From NCBI GenBank assembly GCA_043228905.1, contig JBHGNT010000009.1, positions 21,948,001 through 22,012,000 of the forward strand: 64,000 nucleotides of DNA, in the 5' to 3' direction. Origin of the DNA: Azolla caroliniana (Eukaryota > Plantae > Polypodiophyta). The translations under genes were made by a program, and so were the position numbers. The notes below the pieces were generated by a model. The model searched no databases. It was not told the origin of the DNA and saw nothing but the letters and a program-made list of their open reading frames with translations. Of this stretch, positions 20,728 to 33,812 are shown one piece after another; position 1 is the first letter of the stretch, and every line of letters begins with the position of its first letter.

Positions 20728-23532
20728 ACTTCCTCCGCTTCTCATCCGGCACATGCACATATGCAATGTTACCGAATATCCAAAGGTGTCTCAGATTCGG
20801 CTTGCGCCCGAAATACAGCTCATGCGCTGACACCTTGTCACCGATCCGGTTTTGGATATAGACGATCGTCCGAACCGCCTCAGCCCAATAGAAATGGGGG
20901 ATGCTCTTCTCCTCCAGCATTGCCCTTGCCGCGTCGACAATCGACCGGTTCTTCCTTTTGGCCACACCGTTTTGCTCCTGTGTGTATCTGCAGCTGAACT
21001 CTCTCAGAATTCCTTTTTGCTGCAGATAACTGTTGAATTGACTGGAAAAATATTCTTTTCCGCCATCCGACCGCAGGCACTTGATCTTCCTCTCCGTCTC
21101 CTGTTCAACCAGGTTTTGCAGGTTCCGGAAACACTCGAAGACTTCGCTCTTCCACTGAATGAGGTCTTGAAGCCTTCGGTAATTGACGTGGCCAATCCGC
21201 TTGTGCCAGAGATCGATATCCGATTCAATCTTCTATCTGTTACCGGCCGGCAAGGAGTCCAAAATACGGAGTGAAGGAATTAATTAGATATGGTTGTAAA
21301 TGATCATAGTGTGGACGGACGGACTGGAAACGGTATGCCGTTCCAGATCCGGACGGATCCCGAATAGGTGCGAGAGGCACCGTTTTGTACTACGGGCCGG
21401 AAACCTATTTAAAGGCCCGGACCCCATTGTAATGACAGCGGATAATTAATAGAGCTTATGTTGTTTATACTTCTGTCTTGATTTCCGTTCTGTAATTACT
21501 GTGATATCTTACGCGTGTAATTAACCGAAGCATTCTAATCGTGTAACCTATGTAAGTCGGTGTAATCGTTGAATCTTAATCCTATGCCGTAATCACCCTT
21601 TGGTGAAGTGTCTCCGTGACACCTTGTGTTAGGCCTTGTCCGGCTAGAGAATAACACTATCCTTTGGCGAACAAAGCGGTGCCGACGTCATTGGTGTCGA
21701 GGATAAACGTCCTCCCGTCTTTGCGCCCTTGCGCAATGATTTGGCCCTCTTCCTCGATGAAGCACCCGAGGTGCGTAAACCGCACCTGCATCCCCTAGTC
21801 GACAATCTGTCCAACCGACACCAAGTTCTTCGTGATGGTCAGAACGTGTAATACGTTCATCAACTTCCCCCTCTGTCCGACGTGGCTCAAAGGGACTTCT
21901 CTGACATGCACGATTGGGTGTGGAGTGTCGTCTCCAGTTTCGACAACTCCTGGTTGTTCCGGTTTCTCCAAGAAAGAGAACCACTCTTTGTGGCTCGTCA
22001 TGTGATTCGACACACCGGAATCAACGTACCACACTTCCTTTGATTCGGAAGTGGTCTTCTTCATCAAGTTAGCCTCGTGTTTCCTCACCAAGGCTAGCCC
22101 TTTACCAGCTTTTCCGGTTTTGGATCCTCCCAATCCTTCTGCGTAGTGCGAGTATTGCCGGTTGTCTCTGTCGGCCTTGCCGGATCCGGACCTGTCCGAA
22201 TCGGCACGCGTCTTCCAACACTCGCTTTCTCTGTGGCCCTTTTTACCACAGTACCAGCATTCCATGTCAGCCTTTGCTAGCCAACCTCCGCCGCCGCCTT
22301 GACTCCCCCTCCTTGTGGAGGGTCCGGAACTGCTGTCGACACTTTCTCTGTGCCGTCGTTCATTCTCTTGCCCGCCGCTACCATTGTGAGCTGACCCGCC
22401 TCGTCCACCACACCCATGGGGCCGATCCACCTCCGTGTACAACATCCAGTTGTCGGTAGGTGCACTTGTTGACACACCGGCGTGGTTCTCCTCTACAAGG
22501 AGCATCGACTGTAAGTCAAAAAATGACGGGGTATTCTCCCTTGTACACACAGCAATTCAGAACGCTCCGAACTTTGACGCCAAACCTCTGAGACAGGTTT
22601 GCACCATATCGGCTTCTTCGATATTCACATCGATGGAGGCTAGAGAGTCGCAAATGTCCTTGATTTTGGATGTGTAGTCTACCACCGACAAGTCGCGTTG
22701 TCGTAGGTTGTTGAGCTCCTGTTGGAGTTGAAGCTTCCTGGCTGTAGTGCTTGTGACGAAAATCTTCTTCAGATTTCCCCAAGCATCTTTTGGCATTTTT
22801 ACATCCCGAATGTAGCTTAGGAGTTGTTCGCCCACACAAGACGTGAAACAGTACAGTACTCTGCTCGCCAACTGTTCCCACACCGAGAAATCTCTGTGTG
22901 CCGATTCGGGTGCTATGTCATTTGCTCCGTCGACATAGCTCCAGTAACCGTGCCCGAGCAGGTATTGGTGCATCTTGTAGGAGCAAGATGCGTAGTTGTT
23001 TCTGTCGAGCTTCTCCGTCGAAAGCGAGCTAGCCATGCCTCTATGTATCGGTTTTTACCTATTCTTCTTGGTTGGTTTTCTTTTCAAGCTATGTCGGTTG
23101 CAGAGGTTCTCAACCCTCGTGCTCTAATACCATGTAAAATAATACGTTGTGCGAAAGCAATAGAAAACCGCACACAGAAATGCAGGTTTAATGGAGAGCT
23201 TAGAATATACACAGTACACGGGAGTGATAGAGAGAGAGCACACAGAAAATCAATTCAAAAATAATACTCAATCTGTACATCGTATGTGTTCAGTGAACAC
23301 TTTTATACAAGTCCATACGGACTGACAGAAGTACGGTGTACTTCAATGCTCACACAAGCGTCTGACACTAACTATGAGACATTAACTTCCTAGTAGTCTA
23401 TAGGCTGCTACTAAGCTTCCGGCTAACTGGCTCCCTAGCTCACCGGCTCACCGATCCAGCTCATCCCTCTGGATGCCGATTTGGCTCAGGCTTATTCCGC
23501 CAATCCAGATCCGGTTGAGCTTGCCACTAAAA
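20728..23532 (-). mobile_element. Degraded Copia D (5' LTR ~23133-23532, PBS, gag, protease, partial integrase), same family as Copia E
   Basis: PBS tggtattagagc (minus strand, 23121-23132). gag MASSLSTEKLDRNNY, CWYCGKKGHRESEC, WYVDSG protease and integrase AKRKNRSIV, with internal deletions and stops. Confidence 0.88.
21238..21656 (+). mobile_element. Solo LTR (419 bp) inserted in Copia D
   Basis: TGTTA...TAACA termini with a perfect 5-bp TSD CTATC (21233-21237 and 21657-21661). Confidence 0.9.
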
Positions 23533-23756
23533 AAAAGGTGATTCTAGATTCCAAGTCCTTAAACTGAAGGACTAAAGCTCTCTTCCTAGTAGTGTCACGT
23601 CCGACCCTCCAAGTTTTGGTAATTAGTAGGGCCTCTGTGTACCCTAACATTTTCCCGAGAGTTTGTGCATCTTCGTCAGGAGTCCTTACTCCTATTATCG
23701 TCACTTTTGACACTTTTGGCTAATGGTGTCACCACCTCCTTTCCTGTAGCTAGTCG

Positions 23757-26700
23757 TGTTGAGAGACAAGCTCAACATCGGCCGGATCGGCTGAAGAAGC
23801 CAAGGACCGGATCGATTGGGACCGATCGGTTAGGCCGAGTGCGTAAACCAGGAGGCCGTTAGGAAAGATATTCCGTGAGGAATATATTTAGGAGTTAGTG
23901 TAGGAGCTCTTAAAGAGCATTGAAGTACGGTCAGTACTTCGGTCAGTCCTTCGAGGACTTGTATAAAAGTAGTGAATCGAGTAGAGTAGTGAATCGAGTT
24001 TTGTGTTGTTGAATATAGTTCTTGTATTCTCTCTCTCTCACTCTCTCTGTCTCTCCCGCGTATACTGCGTAACCTCAAGCTCTCCATTAAACCTGAGTTT
24101 TCTTCCTTCTGTTCGGTCTTCATACTTGCTTCCGCACGTTACTTTTTACATGGTATCAGAGCGCGAGGGTTGAGAACCTCTCTGCAGCCGACACAGCTTG
24201 ACGAAGAAGAACAAGAAGAACGATGGATAGAGGCATGGCGAGCTCGCTTCCAACAGAGAACCTCGACAGAACTAACTACGCGTCTTGGTCCTACAAGATT
24301 CACCAGTACCTGCTCGGGCACGGCTACTGGAGTTATGTCGAAGGAGCGAATGACGCGGCACCCGAATCGACACACAGAGACTTCCCGTCGTGGGGGCAAT
24401 CGACGAGCAGGGTATTATACTGCTTCGCGTCGTGTGTGGGCGAACAGCTATTGAGCTATGTTCGGGATGCAAAGACGCCGAAGGGTGCGTGGGAAAATCT
24501 GAAGAAGATCTTCGCCGCGAGCACCACAGCCAGGAAGCTTCAGCTCCGACAGGAGTTGAGCAACCTACGACAACGCGACTTGTCGGTGGCGGACTATACC
24601 TCGAAGACAAAGGATATCTGTGACTCCCTCGCCTCCATAGAGGTGAACATTGAGGAGAGCGAGATGGTCCAGATCTGTCTCGGAGGTTTGGCGTCGAAGT
24701 TTGGAGCGTTCCGAACGGCTGTGTGTACCCGGGAGAATACGCCATCCTTTTTTGACTTACAGTCAATGCTCCTGGTAGAGGAGAACCACACGGGTGCGTC
24801 TACAAGCACGCATACCAATAGCAGAATGTTGTACACGGAGGGAGTTAGGCCCCGTGGACGTGGAGGACAAGGCGAGTCGGCGCGCAATGGAGGCGGCCGA
24901 CGAGATCAAGGAAGAAGGCACCGAAGTGATGCCGACAACAACTCCGGACCCTCCGGAAACAGGGGGAGTCGAAGCGATGAGAACCGGCAAGGGAAGGCCA
25001 TCGCGGAGTGCTGGTACTGTGGCAAGAAAGGCCACAGGGAAAGTGAGTGCTGGAAGAAGCGCGCCGATTCGGAGAGAACCGGTTCCGGAAACGGCTCCGG
25101 ACATACCGACAAGGGAAATCGGCAGCGATCGCACTACGCCGAAGACTCCGGGAGAGCCGGAGAAGGGTCTACCTTCGTGACGAGACACGAAGCAAACTCA
25201 ATGAAATAGACCACCCTGAGATCGGACGAGGTGTGGTACGTAGACTCCGGCGTGTCAAACCACATGACGAGCCATAAGGAGTGGTTCTCGTACCTTGAAA
25301 AACCGATACAACCTGGAGTAGTCGCAACTGGAGACGACACTCCGCATCCGATCGCGAATGTCGAAGGAGTTCCCCTTAGCCATGTCGGGCAGAAAGGGAA
25401 ACTCATGAACATGCTGCACGTTCCAACAATCACGAAGAACTTGGTCTCGGTCGGACAGATCGTCGACCAAGGGATGGAAGTTCGGTTTACACACCTCGGG
25501 TGCTTCATTGAGGAAGAAGGCCGTGTGATTGCGCAAGGGTGCAGAGACAGGAGGATGTTCATCCTTGACTCCACTGACGGCGGCACCGCAATGTTCGCGA
25601 AGAGAAGAAAAACCGAGTCGGACATCAACTTGTGGCACAAGCGAATAGGCCACGTCAACTACCAGCGGCTTCAAGATCTGCAATCGAAACAGGTAGTGTT
25701 CGGATTGCCAAAATTTAGTGGCCAAAAGGCACAAATTTGTGAAGCCTGCCTGCTCGGGAAGCAACACCAACTTCCTTTCCCCAACGAGCAAAACTGGAGC
25801 CGGAATAAGCACAACCTTATACACTCCGATGTATGGGGGCCGGCACAAAACGTTAGTCTTGGCGGGAGCCGATATTTCGTCTCCTTCATCGACGACCACA
25901 CGCGGCACACGTGGATCTACCTCATTGAGAGGAAGAGCGAAGTCTTCGACTATTTCCGGGACCTCAAAGGGTTCGTGGAAACGGAAACGGGACGAAAGAT
26001 CAAGTGCCTGCGGTCGGATGGCGGGAAAGAGTACTTTTCTGGTCAATTCAACGGTTATCTACAACAAATGGGAATCCGGCGCGAATTCAGTTGTAGATAC
26101 CCGCCAAAGCAGAACGGCGTGGCCGAGAAGAAGAATTGGTCAGTTGTGGAAGCGGCACGGGAAATGTTAGAGGAGAAGAGCTTGCCCAAGTTCTACTGGG
26201 CCGAGGCGGTAACGACCGCAGTATACATCCAGAACTGGATCGGAGACAAAGTGTCGGCGCAGGAGCTATATTTCGGAATGAAGCCGAACTTGCGACACTT
26301 GAGGGTGTTTAGTAGCATTGCGTATGTGCATGTACCAAAGGAGAAAAGGAGGAAACTGGACCCAAAGGCCGAGAAATGCATCTTGGTCGGTTACTCGGAC
26401 GAGCAGAAGGGTTATAAGTGCTATAACCCTTGCACCAAACAAGCGCGTGTCAGCCGCGACGTTGTGTTTGACGAGTCCGCGTCCTGGTACCAGCCCCCGA
26501 CTCCAATCCGAGCTCTGACGATGAGGTTAGCGAGGCCGAGATGCCTCCAGATGAGCCCGAAATCGAGACCCGCGAAGAGAGTCCGATTTCACTCCGTTTA
26601 AATGGACCGATTGGACGACTGAGTCGGTACGACTAGTCCGATGAAGAGCAGGCGAGTAGTGGAGACTCGGTCGTGCATTCCCCGCGCAGGAAGCCGAGGA

Positions 26701-29431
26701 GACGGCTTACGCGCAAAGAGAAAGGGAAGAAGAAGGTGTCAGATTCTGGCACGGATAGGAACGAGTCAGACCGACGCGAGTCCGACTCCGAGGGAACCGG
26801 TGACGGGTTTTTAAAGGTGAAGACCACGTCGACCGAGAAGGCCTCGACATTGGCTAATGTGAGATTACGTCGATCTACCCGGCAGAAGAATCCTATTTTG
26901 CGGTTCAGAAAAAACGAGTACATGGCGCATCATTATGCGTACATGACCCGTGTAGCGGAAGTGTGTGAGCCGGAGAGCTACGCAGAAGCGGCTAAAGACG
27001 CGAATTGGAGGAAGAGATGCACGCATTGGCAGAGAACGAGACCTGGGACCTGGTTGACGCTCCAAGAGGGGTAAAACCGATCGGGTGTAGGTGGGTGTAC
27101 AAGGTCAAGTACAACGCCGATGGTTCGGTCAACCGGTACAAGGCTCGGCTAGTGGCAAAGGGCTACGCGCAGAAACACAGCATCGACTACGATGAGACAT
27201 TTGCGCCGGTCGCGAAAATGACGATCGTCCGTGTTTTGCTTGCAGTAGCTGCGGTGAAGGGGTGGCACTTACATCAGATGGATGTAAAGAATGCGTTCCT
27301 GCAAGGTGACCTTGAGGAACAGGTGTACATGGTACAGCCCCCCGGATTTCATTTTGGAACGAACTCCTCGGCAGTATGCTGACTGAAGAAGTCCCTTTAC
27401 GGACTGAAGCAAGCCCCGTGTGCTTGGAACGCGAAGATCACGCAACAACTGCGTCGGATGGGCTTCGTCACGTCAAATTCAGACTCTTCCATGTTCATCC
27501 GGAAAGGTCGACTCGGACCGGTTAGTATTTTACTATATGTTGATCACTTGGTCATCACCGCCGCCGACCTACGTGAAATCGACCGCGTGAAGCTCCAGCT
27601 TGCGGCATCGTTCGACATGAAGGATCTGGGGGACCTTCATTACTTCCTCGGGATCGAAGTGATCCCTACCCCCAAAGGCATATTGATCAGCCAACGCCAC
27701 TACGTGCTGAGTATGCTCTTCAAATTCGGGATGGCTGACTGTAAGTCAGTCTCGACTCCTCTGGACAGAACCATCAAGCTTCGCCCCGATACGGGAACGG
27801 TATGCGACCCGACGAGGTTCCGACAAATTGTCGGAAGCCTCATATACTTGACCATCACCCGACCCGACCTCAGTTATCCAGTCGGGGTGATCAGTTAGTT
27901 CATGGCGCGACCTCCTGAGGAGCACCTTCAGTGTGCGCAACGCGTACTACGGTACGTAAGTGGCACTAAGGACCGAGGACTGCTATATCGGACCGGTGCA
28001 ACCGCGCAATTAGTCGGCTACATAGATGTTGATTGGCCTGGCAACGCCGCCGATCGCCGATCCACGTCTGGATACGCGTTCTCCCTCGGGAGTGCCGCGA
28101 TCGCGTGGAGCAGTAAGAAGCAGCAGACAGTTGCATTGTCGAGCACCGAAGCTGAGTACCGAGGAGCGGCTGTCGCAACATGCGAAACCATATGGTTGAA
28201 GCGGCTACTTAAGGACCTGCAAGAGGAGGTGTCAGATCCGACGACGATCTATTGCGACAACCTCAGCAGCATCCAGCTCGCGAAGAACCCCGTTTTCCAC
28301 GCACAGACAAAGCACATTGAGGTGCACTACCATTTCATCCGTGAGCGTGTCCTTTCCGGTGAAGTCGAACTTCAGTACGTGCCGACGGATCGGCAGACTG
28401 CCAACATCTTCACAAAGCCTCTTGGTCTGGAGGGGTTGCGGTAATTCTCAGGTGCACTCGGGTTGCGTCACCTCGATGTGCCGAACTTGAGGGGGAGAAC
28501 AGTCCCGAACGACCAAGCAAGGCAGCAGGAAAGGAGCGGAGACCACGACACCGAGTCGGTTGCCCGCAACACCGAGTCGGTTGACAAGTTCGACTTCGGA
28601 TCGGCTGAAGAAGCCGAGGGCGGACCCGCAGAAAAGTCCGGAAGCGGACAGAAGGGGAGCAGCCGAAGGAGAGAGCCAAAGCCAACCACGCATGGGGGAG
28701 ATGATGCCATCGAGGGCGAGAAGACTGAAGACAAGTTGGAGACAACCAACTCAGACGAGAGTGAAAACCGATCGGAGGTAGCCGAGTCGGTTCGGATGTT
28801 TGATTCAGATACGCTGAATCAACCGAGGCCCAAGCGGGAGAAAAGGCAGCAGGAGAAGCGTCAACACTGCAACAACAGAAGAGCTGATAAGGGCCACATA
28901 AGCAGACAAGCCGACCGGAAGGGTCGAAGCTCACGGAGTCGAACAAGTCGAGGACTGTGAGCGAGGCGTGAAGCCAGGAGGAACCGGAGTTGTGAGCCCG
29001 AGGATCCCGAAGAGCCTTGAGTTGAGCTTGAGGGGGAGTGTTGAGAGACAAGCTCAACATCGGCCGGATCGGCTGAAGAAGCCGAGGACCGGATCGGTTG
29101 GGACCGATCGGTTAGGTCGAGTGCGTAAACCGGGAGGCCGTTAGGAAAGATATTCCGTGAGGAATATATTTGGGAGTTAGTGTAGGAGCTCTTAAAGAGC
29201 ATTGAAGTACGGTCAGTCCTTCGAGGACTTGTATAAAAGTGTTCATGGAACACACATATGAGTAGAGTAATGAATCGAGTTTTGTGTTGTTGAATATAGT
29301 TCTTGTATTTTCTCTCTCTCACTCTCTCTGTCTCTCCCACGTATACTGCGTAAGCTCAAGCTCTCCATTAAACCTGAGTTTTCTTCCTTCTGTTCGGTCT
29401 TCATACTTGCTTCTGCACGTTACTTTTTACA
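23757..29431 (+). mobile_element. Complete Ty1/Copia LTR retrotransposon E (5675 bp)
   Basis: LTRs 23757-24150 and 29039-29431 (TG...CA), TSD AGTCG on both sides, Met-tRNA PBS tggtatcagagc 24151-24162, PPT gagggggag 29030-29038. Confidence 0.97.
24223..28960 (+). pseudogene. Copia E gag-pol (gag, zinc knuckle, PR, IN, RT, RNase H, charged extension) with several stops and frameshifts
   Basis: [61 protein letters not shown], in Copia order IN-RT-RH. Confidence 0.93.
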
Positions 29432-29998
29432 AGTCGGAAAGGCGAAAAACCTGTAGCATAATGTTTAGTCGAGTTATAACAAAATTCTATAGTGTCCAAG
29501 GGATCAACCCAATCCTTCTTATCCATCTAAACATAACACCTCAAGTAATCCTCAAGTCCTTGATTAAGGCATTCCGTTTGCCCATCTATCTCGGAATGGT
29601 TCCATGCCCGTGAGTCGAAACAAATCTTGCCAAAAGTCACTTGTGAAGCAAGCCTGGTCTCAATTCAAGATTATTGTCGATGGAAATCCATGATAATTGA
29701 AAGCATATTTGAAGAAGACCTTGGTCATGACGTGGGCCGTTAGCGGTGGCTTCATTGCCACAAAATGAGCTTGTTTGGTCAAATAGTCGACTACCACCAA
29801 CATGGTGTTCCACCCATGTGATGGAGGAAGATTCATCACAAAGTCCATGCTTATAATGTCCCAAGGTACCTTTACGACCACATTGCTTGTAGTACTCCTT
29901 TAAGTTGCCTATGCAAACCTTTTATCGTTTTGCATGTTGGACACGATCGAACGTACTCCTCAATTTCCCTTCTCGTCCTGGGCCAATACTAGTGTTCC

Positions 29999-31137
29999 TT
30001 TAATCTTTCATAGGTTCTTGTTTGTTCTTGTTGGCCGAAGAAGAGTATGATTCGGAGGCAGAGGTGTGAACCAGAAGATAAAGACGGAGAGATATAGGAT
30101 ATTATAGATAATTTGTATTAAGGAAATGACGGATCTGGATAGATGTACTGATCCGGATCCACATTGTTGAAGGACTTCTATGTGTTGGCCGAAGTACAGA
30201 TAAACGTCATCCCAAAGTTGCTCGAATAATTTGAAGATGATCAATTGTAGGCCACACTGGAGTTGGAAGTATATGAGCGGAAGAGAAGGCGGAAAGAAGT
30301 AGGGCAGAGGGCAGAACAAATAAACATTTGTGATGAAGATCAACAGTTGGAGCCAAGGACCTCAACATAGTAGCAGTCGGAACCTCAACCAGAGACACAA
30401 CTGGAGCAACGAGTAGAGTAAGCACCCAGACAACAACAGGGTGAGGAGGAGCAATGACAGTAGCAGTCGGAGACAGAGAGAACGGAACCTCAATCGGAAT
30501 CACAAGTAAAGCAATCAAAGTCGAAGATGCAACAATAGTCGGTGAATGAAGAAGAACGGCTGGAGCCAATGGACCAAAGTATCCTAGACATACTTGACAA
30601 GGAGTGAAGGAGTTGACCCGTGGGTTTCGACGTGCAATGCACTGTCCCACGGGCGTGCAATGTCTTGGTTGAAGAAGAGTATGATCCGGAGGTGGAGGTG
30701 TGAACTGGAGGATAAAGCCGGAGAGATATAAGATATTATAGATCATTTGTATTAAGGAAATGACGGATATGGACTGATGTACCGATCCAGATCCACACCA
30801 TTTTGTAATCAGGTAGCCAGATGAGGCACCGTTTTGTGACTTTACCGGATGCCTATATAAAGGGTCCGGATTGATTGTATCTAGGGCGGAAGTAATGCAA
30901 GTTAAGTTATTGATTGTCTATCTTGTTGTCTATCTTGAGTACTTGTGGTCTGTGCCTATATCTTGTTATCTTACGCGTGTAATTGATTGCCGGATACGGT
31001 GTATGTATTCCGGAAAGTAACCGGATAAGTTTATAAGTGTAAAGAAGCGCTCATCCATCTCTCCAACCACACTTTTGGAGAAGTATTCCGAAAAGGGATA
31101 CCTTGTGTTTGTGGCTGAGTCCGGCTCAGGATAAACA
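29999..31137 (+). mobile_element. Solo-LTR-like insertion (1139 bp) related to 21238-21656, with an internal ~135-bp direct repeat
   Basis: TSD GTTCC (29994-29998 and 31138-31142). Ends AAACA, but the 5' terminus is not TG. Shares gaggcaccgttttgt, atcttacgcgtgtaatt and accttgtgtt..gtccggct with the 419-bp LTR. Confidence 0.7.
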
Positions 31138-32601
31138 GTTCCCCATGTTCCGTCATTTTGCAATCATGCACTTCCGCTAGTAGAAGACGTTTCAAAGCTA
31201 TGCCATTTGGGACATATATTGTTTCATGAGCATAGAAGACCCCTTAAACAATTGAGGAGTGGTTTACCCCATGCGCAATTCCACAAGAAGTTGCTTGACT
31301 TCTGGGTCTTCACTTTGAGCTTGCTTTATTTGCTCTACAAGAGCTCCATGTTCTAGTAGACTAATGGTGTTTAGTCTACTTAATGCATTAGGCATGACAT
31401 TGTTCTACCCTACCTTGTGTACAATCTCTACATCAATTTCAGCCAAGAAATCTAGCCATCTTGCTTGTTTGAGAGGTAACTTCAGTTTGGACTGAAAATA
31501 CTTTATGGAGATGTTATCGCTATAATAAACCTTGGTGGTTTTATCTTGCACATAATGGCGCCACTTTCTAACTGCATAAACTATAGCGATCATTTCCTTC
31601 TCATGTGTGGCCATCGTCCAACATTATTCGCCCAACATATCTACCTTATGACTCTCGACATTATTTGCCCGACATTACGAACATTTGATAACACAAATTT
31701 GCACATCATAGGGCAATTTAGGACACAAAATTTGTCGAGATTATAATGAGTCTTCAATCTATTATGGGGTGCTTAGTTAAGGGTATATCATGACATTCAA
31801 AAAGGGTGCATCACAATTCTTATTAAAAATAATGTCTACCTAACTTTATTGAGTATTGGAAAAAAAAAATATTTTAATTGTCTAATGCAAATGGATTCCT
31901 TCCAAACAAAATCTCTAGGAACCATAACAACTCCATTGAAGGCCGCTTATCCAACACCCATAAAATCCATCCAACTTTTACATCCTATGGATTTGGGTCA
32001 CTCTAACTAATCATCCAACGATCTAACCATAAATCTTACCCTATGAACATCAATTGACTGTAATCTAATGTTTCAAAGTGTGTTAGATGAACATCAACAA
32101 TAGGCTTGCATATCTTTGATAGTGTGATAAATGTCATGATAACACTCACATCATGCATCGAAAGGATGATGACACTCACATTATGACTCGAAAGGATTTG
32201 AACCCACGACCTTGTTGTACACATGTCAAATCCTTAACCATTGTATTAATATTCTTATATGTATAGTCTCTAGAATATGAAATCTAATATCATAGGAATA
32301 TTCTATATTACTCTACATTCTAGAATGACCTAGAATATTCTAGAGTGTTCTATACCACTAGAACCTTCTAGAATACTCTAGAGATCTTCTAGATTACTCT
32401 ACATTCTAGGATAACATAGAATATTCTAGAGTGTTCTCTATTACTTATAAATAGGGATCTACCACCCATCCCAAACCTAAATTGGTTCAACGCCATTTTG
32501 TAGCCTACTCTTTGTAATCCATTTTACGCTTCAATACAATAATTCTCTTCAATTATCTCTCTATCTCTTTTTCTCTCTTTCTCTCTCTCAGTCTTGACAG
32601 T

Positions 32602-32613
32602 TTGAACCAATTT
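32602..32613 (+). promoter_or_regulatory. Self-priming primer-binding site TTGAACCAATTT
   Basis: Exact reverse complement of LTR 32479-32490, which lies 33 nt downstream of TATAAATA (32446). No TGG tRNA-type PBS is present. Confidence 0.8.
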
Positions 32614-32687
32614 CTTTCCTTTCATCTCTTCGTCTTCCACAAATCCTAACAAGTTCTCTTCTTCCTTCTCCTCTCCTCTCGTAAGCT

Positions 32688-33812
32688 ATGGAGTCCGTGA
32701 GCAAACAAGAATACATGCGTGTTCTTTCTGAGCTCGACATGCTCACGAATAAATTTGTGGCATTAGAGCATGAGAATCAAAGGCTACTTGGAGATCTACA
32801 ACACGTGAGCGCCGAAAAAGCTCAACAATATGAAGAATTATCACAGCGGGTTCATCAACTCGAGGCGACTATATTGTCATTACGTGAGCAAGCGTCGGGG
32901 GCTCAGAACTCCCCTAGAGAGCCAAAGGTCAGCCTCCCTGCCAAGTTTGATGGTACGAGGTCTTTATTTCGAGGCTTTTTGAATCAAGTTCGTCTAGTTA
33001 TTTAGCTACATCCCAATCGGTATCCAACTGGTGCTGCTCGTGTGGGATTAGTGGGAACTTTGCTATGCGGTACGACATTAGCATGGTTCGCACCACTTCT
33101 CGAGAAGAAATCACCATTGTTGGAGGATTTCGAGGCATTTGTTAAAGAGTTTCAAGCTAGTTTCGGAGACACCGACAGCACTAGGACAGCGATAAACAAG
33201 ATTCGAAGGCTCCGACAAGGAGATCGTCCCGCGTCGTCTTATGCAGCTGATTTCCGTCTCTTGGCATGTGATATCCCTTGGGATGAGGCAGCTTTAATGG
33301 ATCAATTCCGTCAAGGTTTGAGAAACGATGTCAAAGATCTTCTTCTTACTTTCCCTGAAGATCCGCAGTCACTTATAGAAGCTATTAGTCGAGCTGTGCG
33401 ATGTGATAATCGCCTATTTGAGCGACGTTCTGAGCGCCAACAAATGTTACACCGCCAACCTGAGCAGACTTATGCTTCCGTAGTCGCAACGCCTCCACAA
33501 GTTTCTAGACTCATTACAAGGGATGGCCCCACTCCGATGGAAATAGAGTCAACACAATGTCGTGAGTTGTTATCAGATGCTGAGAAGCAACGACGTCGAG
33601 TGCATCGCCTCTGCCTGTATTGTGGTGGTCCAGGACATATAGCTGTAAATTGTCCACATAAACCTAGGCGTCAAGTATACCAAGTAAGTGCCCATGAAAA
33701 CCCTACATCGAGTTCTATTGTTACTTCTAATAACATAAATAAGCCTCATAGTCCATGCCATGAGAATAGATTCGATGTCTTGAGTCAATTAGAGGATGTG
33801 TTAAACAAGTAA
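32688..33812 (+). pseudogene. Chromovirus gag (PEG10/sushi-like), stop at 33003-33005
   Basis: PAKFDG..FRGFLNQ, LRQGDRPASSYAADF, PTPMEI, CLYCGGPGHIAVNCP. Confidence 0.9.

Larger units (their letters stand above)
23700..31740 (-). mobile_element. Old Ty3/Gypsy pol remnant (RNase H and integrase), interrupted by Copia E and the 29999-31137 insertion
   Basis: ATHEKEMIAIVYAVRKWRHY..QARW (31405-31614) and PWDIISMDFVMNLP..VVVDYLTKQAHF (29660-29881). YNSTKHYATGFSPFRLATGKEV reads through across the Copia E site. Boundaries approximate. Confidence 0.8.

Noticed and set aside
23492-23713. 73-aa minus-strand ORF resembling a LINE ORF1 fragment (VTIIGV..WRVGR..RALVLQF)
   Set aside because: Too short, with no TSD or ORF2, to call; it overlaps junctions between other elements.
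25207-25209. Programmed gag-pol readthrough TAG in Copia E
   Set aside because: The related Copia D reads MKKTT through the same position, so the stop is most likely a copy-specific mutation.
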